The notes below the pieces were generated by a model, which did not search any database, was not told the DNA's origin, and saw only the letters and a program-made list of their open reading frames with translations. A stretch of 64,000 nucleotides of DNA from an uncultured Acidobacteriota bacterium (GTDB lineage Bacteria > Acidobacteriota > UBA6911), in assembly GCA_963827655.1 (NCBI GenBank), contig CAWHCF010000034.1, forward strand, positions 64,001 to 128,000, given 5' to 3'. This document shows positions 62,413 through 64,000 of this stretch, piece after piece. Numbering within the stretch: position 1 is the first letter of the stretch; every line of letters begins with the position of its first letter. The position numbers and the translations under genes are program-made.

Positions 62413-63129
62413 ATGGCTGAAATACCAAGATTTGAAGCAAGAACTGTTGTTCTCGTCCACGGTGGCTTCGTGGACGGCTCCGGTTGGGAAGGCGTCTATA
62501 AGATCCTGAGGAAGGACGGCTACGAGGTCAGCATCGTTCAGAATCCGACGATATCGCTGGCCGACGATGTCGCCGCAACCAAGCGCATTATCGCCGTACA
62601 AAATGGCCCAGTGATTCTCGTCGGCCACTCCTACGGCGGAGCGGTGATCACCGAAGCCGGCAACGATCCAAAAGTCGCGGGACTTGTCTACATCACCGCA
62701 TTTGCCCCGGACAAGGGCGAGTCGGTGTCCACGCTTATCAAGAATCCACCGCCGGGCGCGCCTGTGCCGCCGATACTGCCGCCGCAGGACGGCTATCTAT
62801 TCCTCGACAAGGCGAAGTTCCCCGCCTCATTCGCGGCTGACGTGGACAGCGAAAGGGCTAGGTTCATGGCAGACTCCCAGGTTCCATGGGGCGTGGACGC
62901 GCTCAGCGGCACGATCAGCGAGCCGGCTTGGAAGACCAAGCCGAGCTGGTACCTGGTTGCCACCGACGACAAGATGATCCCACCGCCGGCCCAGTGCTTC
63001 ATGTCCAAGCGCGCGGGTTCGACTGTGGTCGAGGTCGCAGGCAGTCACGCGATCTACATGTCGCAGCCGAACGCGGTAGCCGCGCTCATCGAAAAGGCCG
63101 CAGGGCAAGTGAAGGCGGCGTCGAGGTAA
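62413..63129 (+). CDS. Alpha/beta hydrolase
   Basis: VVLVHGGFVDGSGW, GHSYGG, DDKMIPP, GSH. Confidence 0.92.
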   Translation: MAEIPRFEARTVVLVHGGFVDGSGWEGVYKILRKDGYEVSIVQNPTISLADDVAATKRIIAVQNGPVILVGHSYGGAVITEAGNDPKVAGLVYITAFAPDKGESVSTLIKNPPPGAPVPPILPPQDGYLFLDKAKFPASFAADVDSERARFMADSQVPWGVDALSGTISEPAWKTKPSWYLVATDDKMIPPPAQCFMSKRAGSTVVEVAGSHAIYMSQPNAVAALIEKAAGQVKAASR

Positions 63130-63214
63130 GTCTGGCGAACGAGGGGAAGGCGACTTGTTCTGGTGACGCGTGGCATCAAACCCTCGATGCGTCGAATCGG
63201 TTCGTCACAGCGAT

Positions 63215-63300
63215 GCCCAACAAGCGCTTGCAGCCTACTCGCCTGTACGGACCTTCTTTGGTTAGTTGAGTGTGCGAGCAGCTGAAGCGCAGCGTTAGGG
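63215..63300 (+). other. Integron attC recombination site
   Basis: GCCCAAC-aaGCGCTTgCAGC...GCTGAAGCGC-agc-GTTAGGG. Confidence 0.8.
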
Positions 63301-63479
63301 TTTGACATCCAGAACCATTTCGGGCAGGAACCGTCAAGTTTGGACTCGCCGAAACAAGGGGAACCCTCGGTCGGCCGCTCGTGTTGCCTCGGCCTGCCCG
63401 GCCACATAAATGGCGTCCTCCCTTTAAAACGTCGCTGTCTCGCCGCTCGCCACATTCAGGAGCGCGTGAATCGACTGCT

Positions 63480-64000
63480 CTAAAGCGTCGCCATACCGCC
63501 GTCGATGATGAGTTCTGCGCCCAAGACGAACGCGGATTCGGGTGCCGTCAAATAAAGTACTCCGGCGGCGATCTCCTCCGGCGTACCAAAGCGTTTGATA
63601 GGGACTTGGCTTTGAATCCAATCTTTGATTTCTTGCACCTTCTCCTGGCTCATCCCGTCTCGCCCGAGAAGCGCTGAGGTGATCGGACCCGGGCTGACGG
63701 CATTGACCCGAATCCCTTTTTCCAACAGATCTCTGGAGAATGTTTTGGCCATGTTGATAACGGCCGCTTTGGTCGCGCCGTACACCGTGGTGCCCGGCAT
63801 GCCCAGGTGCGCGTTGATCGAGGCATTGAGCACGATTGCCGAGCCTTTAGACATCAGCGGGATTGCTTTCTGGACGGTAAAAAAGACTCCCTTCATGTTG
63901 ATGTTGACCGTCTCATCAAAGAACTCTTCGGTGACCTCTTCGAAGGGGATAAGCTTCGCAACGCCGGCGTTAACGAACATGGCATCAATACGTCCGAAAC
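63480..64000 (-). CDS. Short-chain dehydrogenase/reductase, 3' part (start outside window)
   Basis: FVNAG, YGATKAA, IRVNAVSPGP, IDGG. Confidence 0.92.
   Translation of the reverse strand, partial: FGRIDAMFVNAGVAKLIPFEEVTEEFFDETVNINMKGVFFTVQKAIPLMSKGSAIVLNASINAHLGMPGTTVYGATKAAVINMAKTFSRDLLEKGIRVNAVSPGPITSALLGRDGMSQEKVQEIKDWIQSQVPIKRFGTPEEIAAGVLYLTAPESAFVLGAELIIDGGMATL

Larger units (their letters stand above)
28735..64000. mobile_element. Mosaic genomic island downstream of tRNA-Gln (right boundary outside the window)
   Basis: Abrupt loss of housekeeping synteny; IS remnants, attC-like sites, gene fragments, and blocks of visibly different base composition. Confidence 0.75.

Overview
The window has two parts. 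Positions 1-28,734 are core bacterial chromosome, probably Acidobacteria-like (inferred from gene content and order, not from a search). They carry the start of the dcw cluster (mraZ-rsmH-ftsL-ftsI-murE), ychF, rplU-rpmA-obgE-nadD-rsfS-rlmH, queA, folE, sppA, the split ATP synthase operon (b', b, atpHAGDC), a 3-copy MITE, inverted heptamer tandem repeats and tRNA-Gln(CTG). From the tRNA 3' end to the window edge lies a mosaic island of intact genes, gene fragments, IS remnants (IS1-, IS5-, IS481-like, IS91-like) and three attC-like sites with no integron integrase. The main finding is four same-orientation copies of a near-identical sequence starting GTGGATAAGAGAAACAAGCG (34860, 39271, 47670, 53597). 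All four share a fixed left end and have variable right ends. Copy 1 is still joined to the 3' end of an IS91/ISCR-like rolling-circle transposase. Each copy is followed by an unrelated cargo block of several kb (4-8 kb between copies), often truncated mid-gene, and one block holds an ECF42/DGPF locus shattered into four rearranged pieces. This looks like a stacked array of non-autonomous rolling-circle gene-capture units (inference). A second notable signal is a perfect 28-bp inverted repeat bracketing atpD. All calls come from reading the sequence and recognising motifs; no database searches were run.
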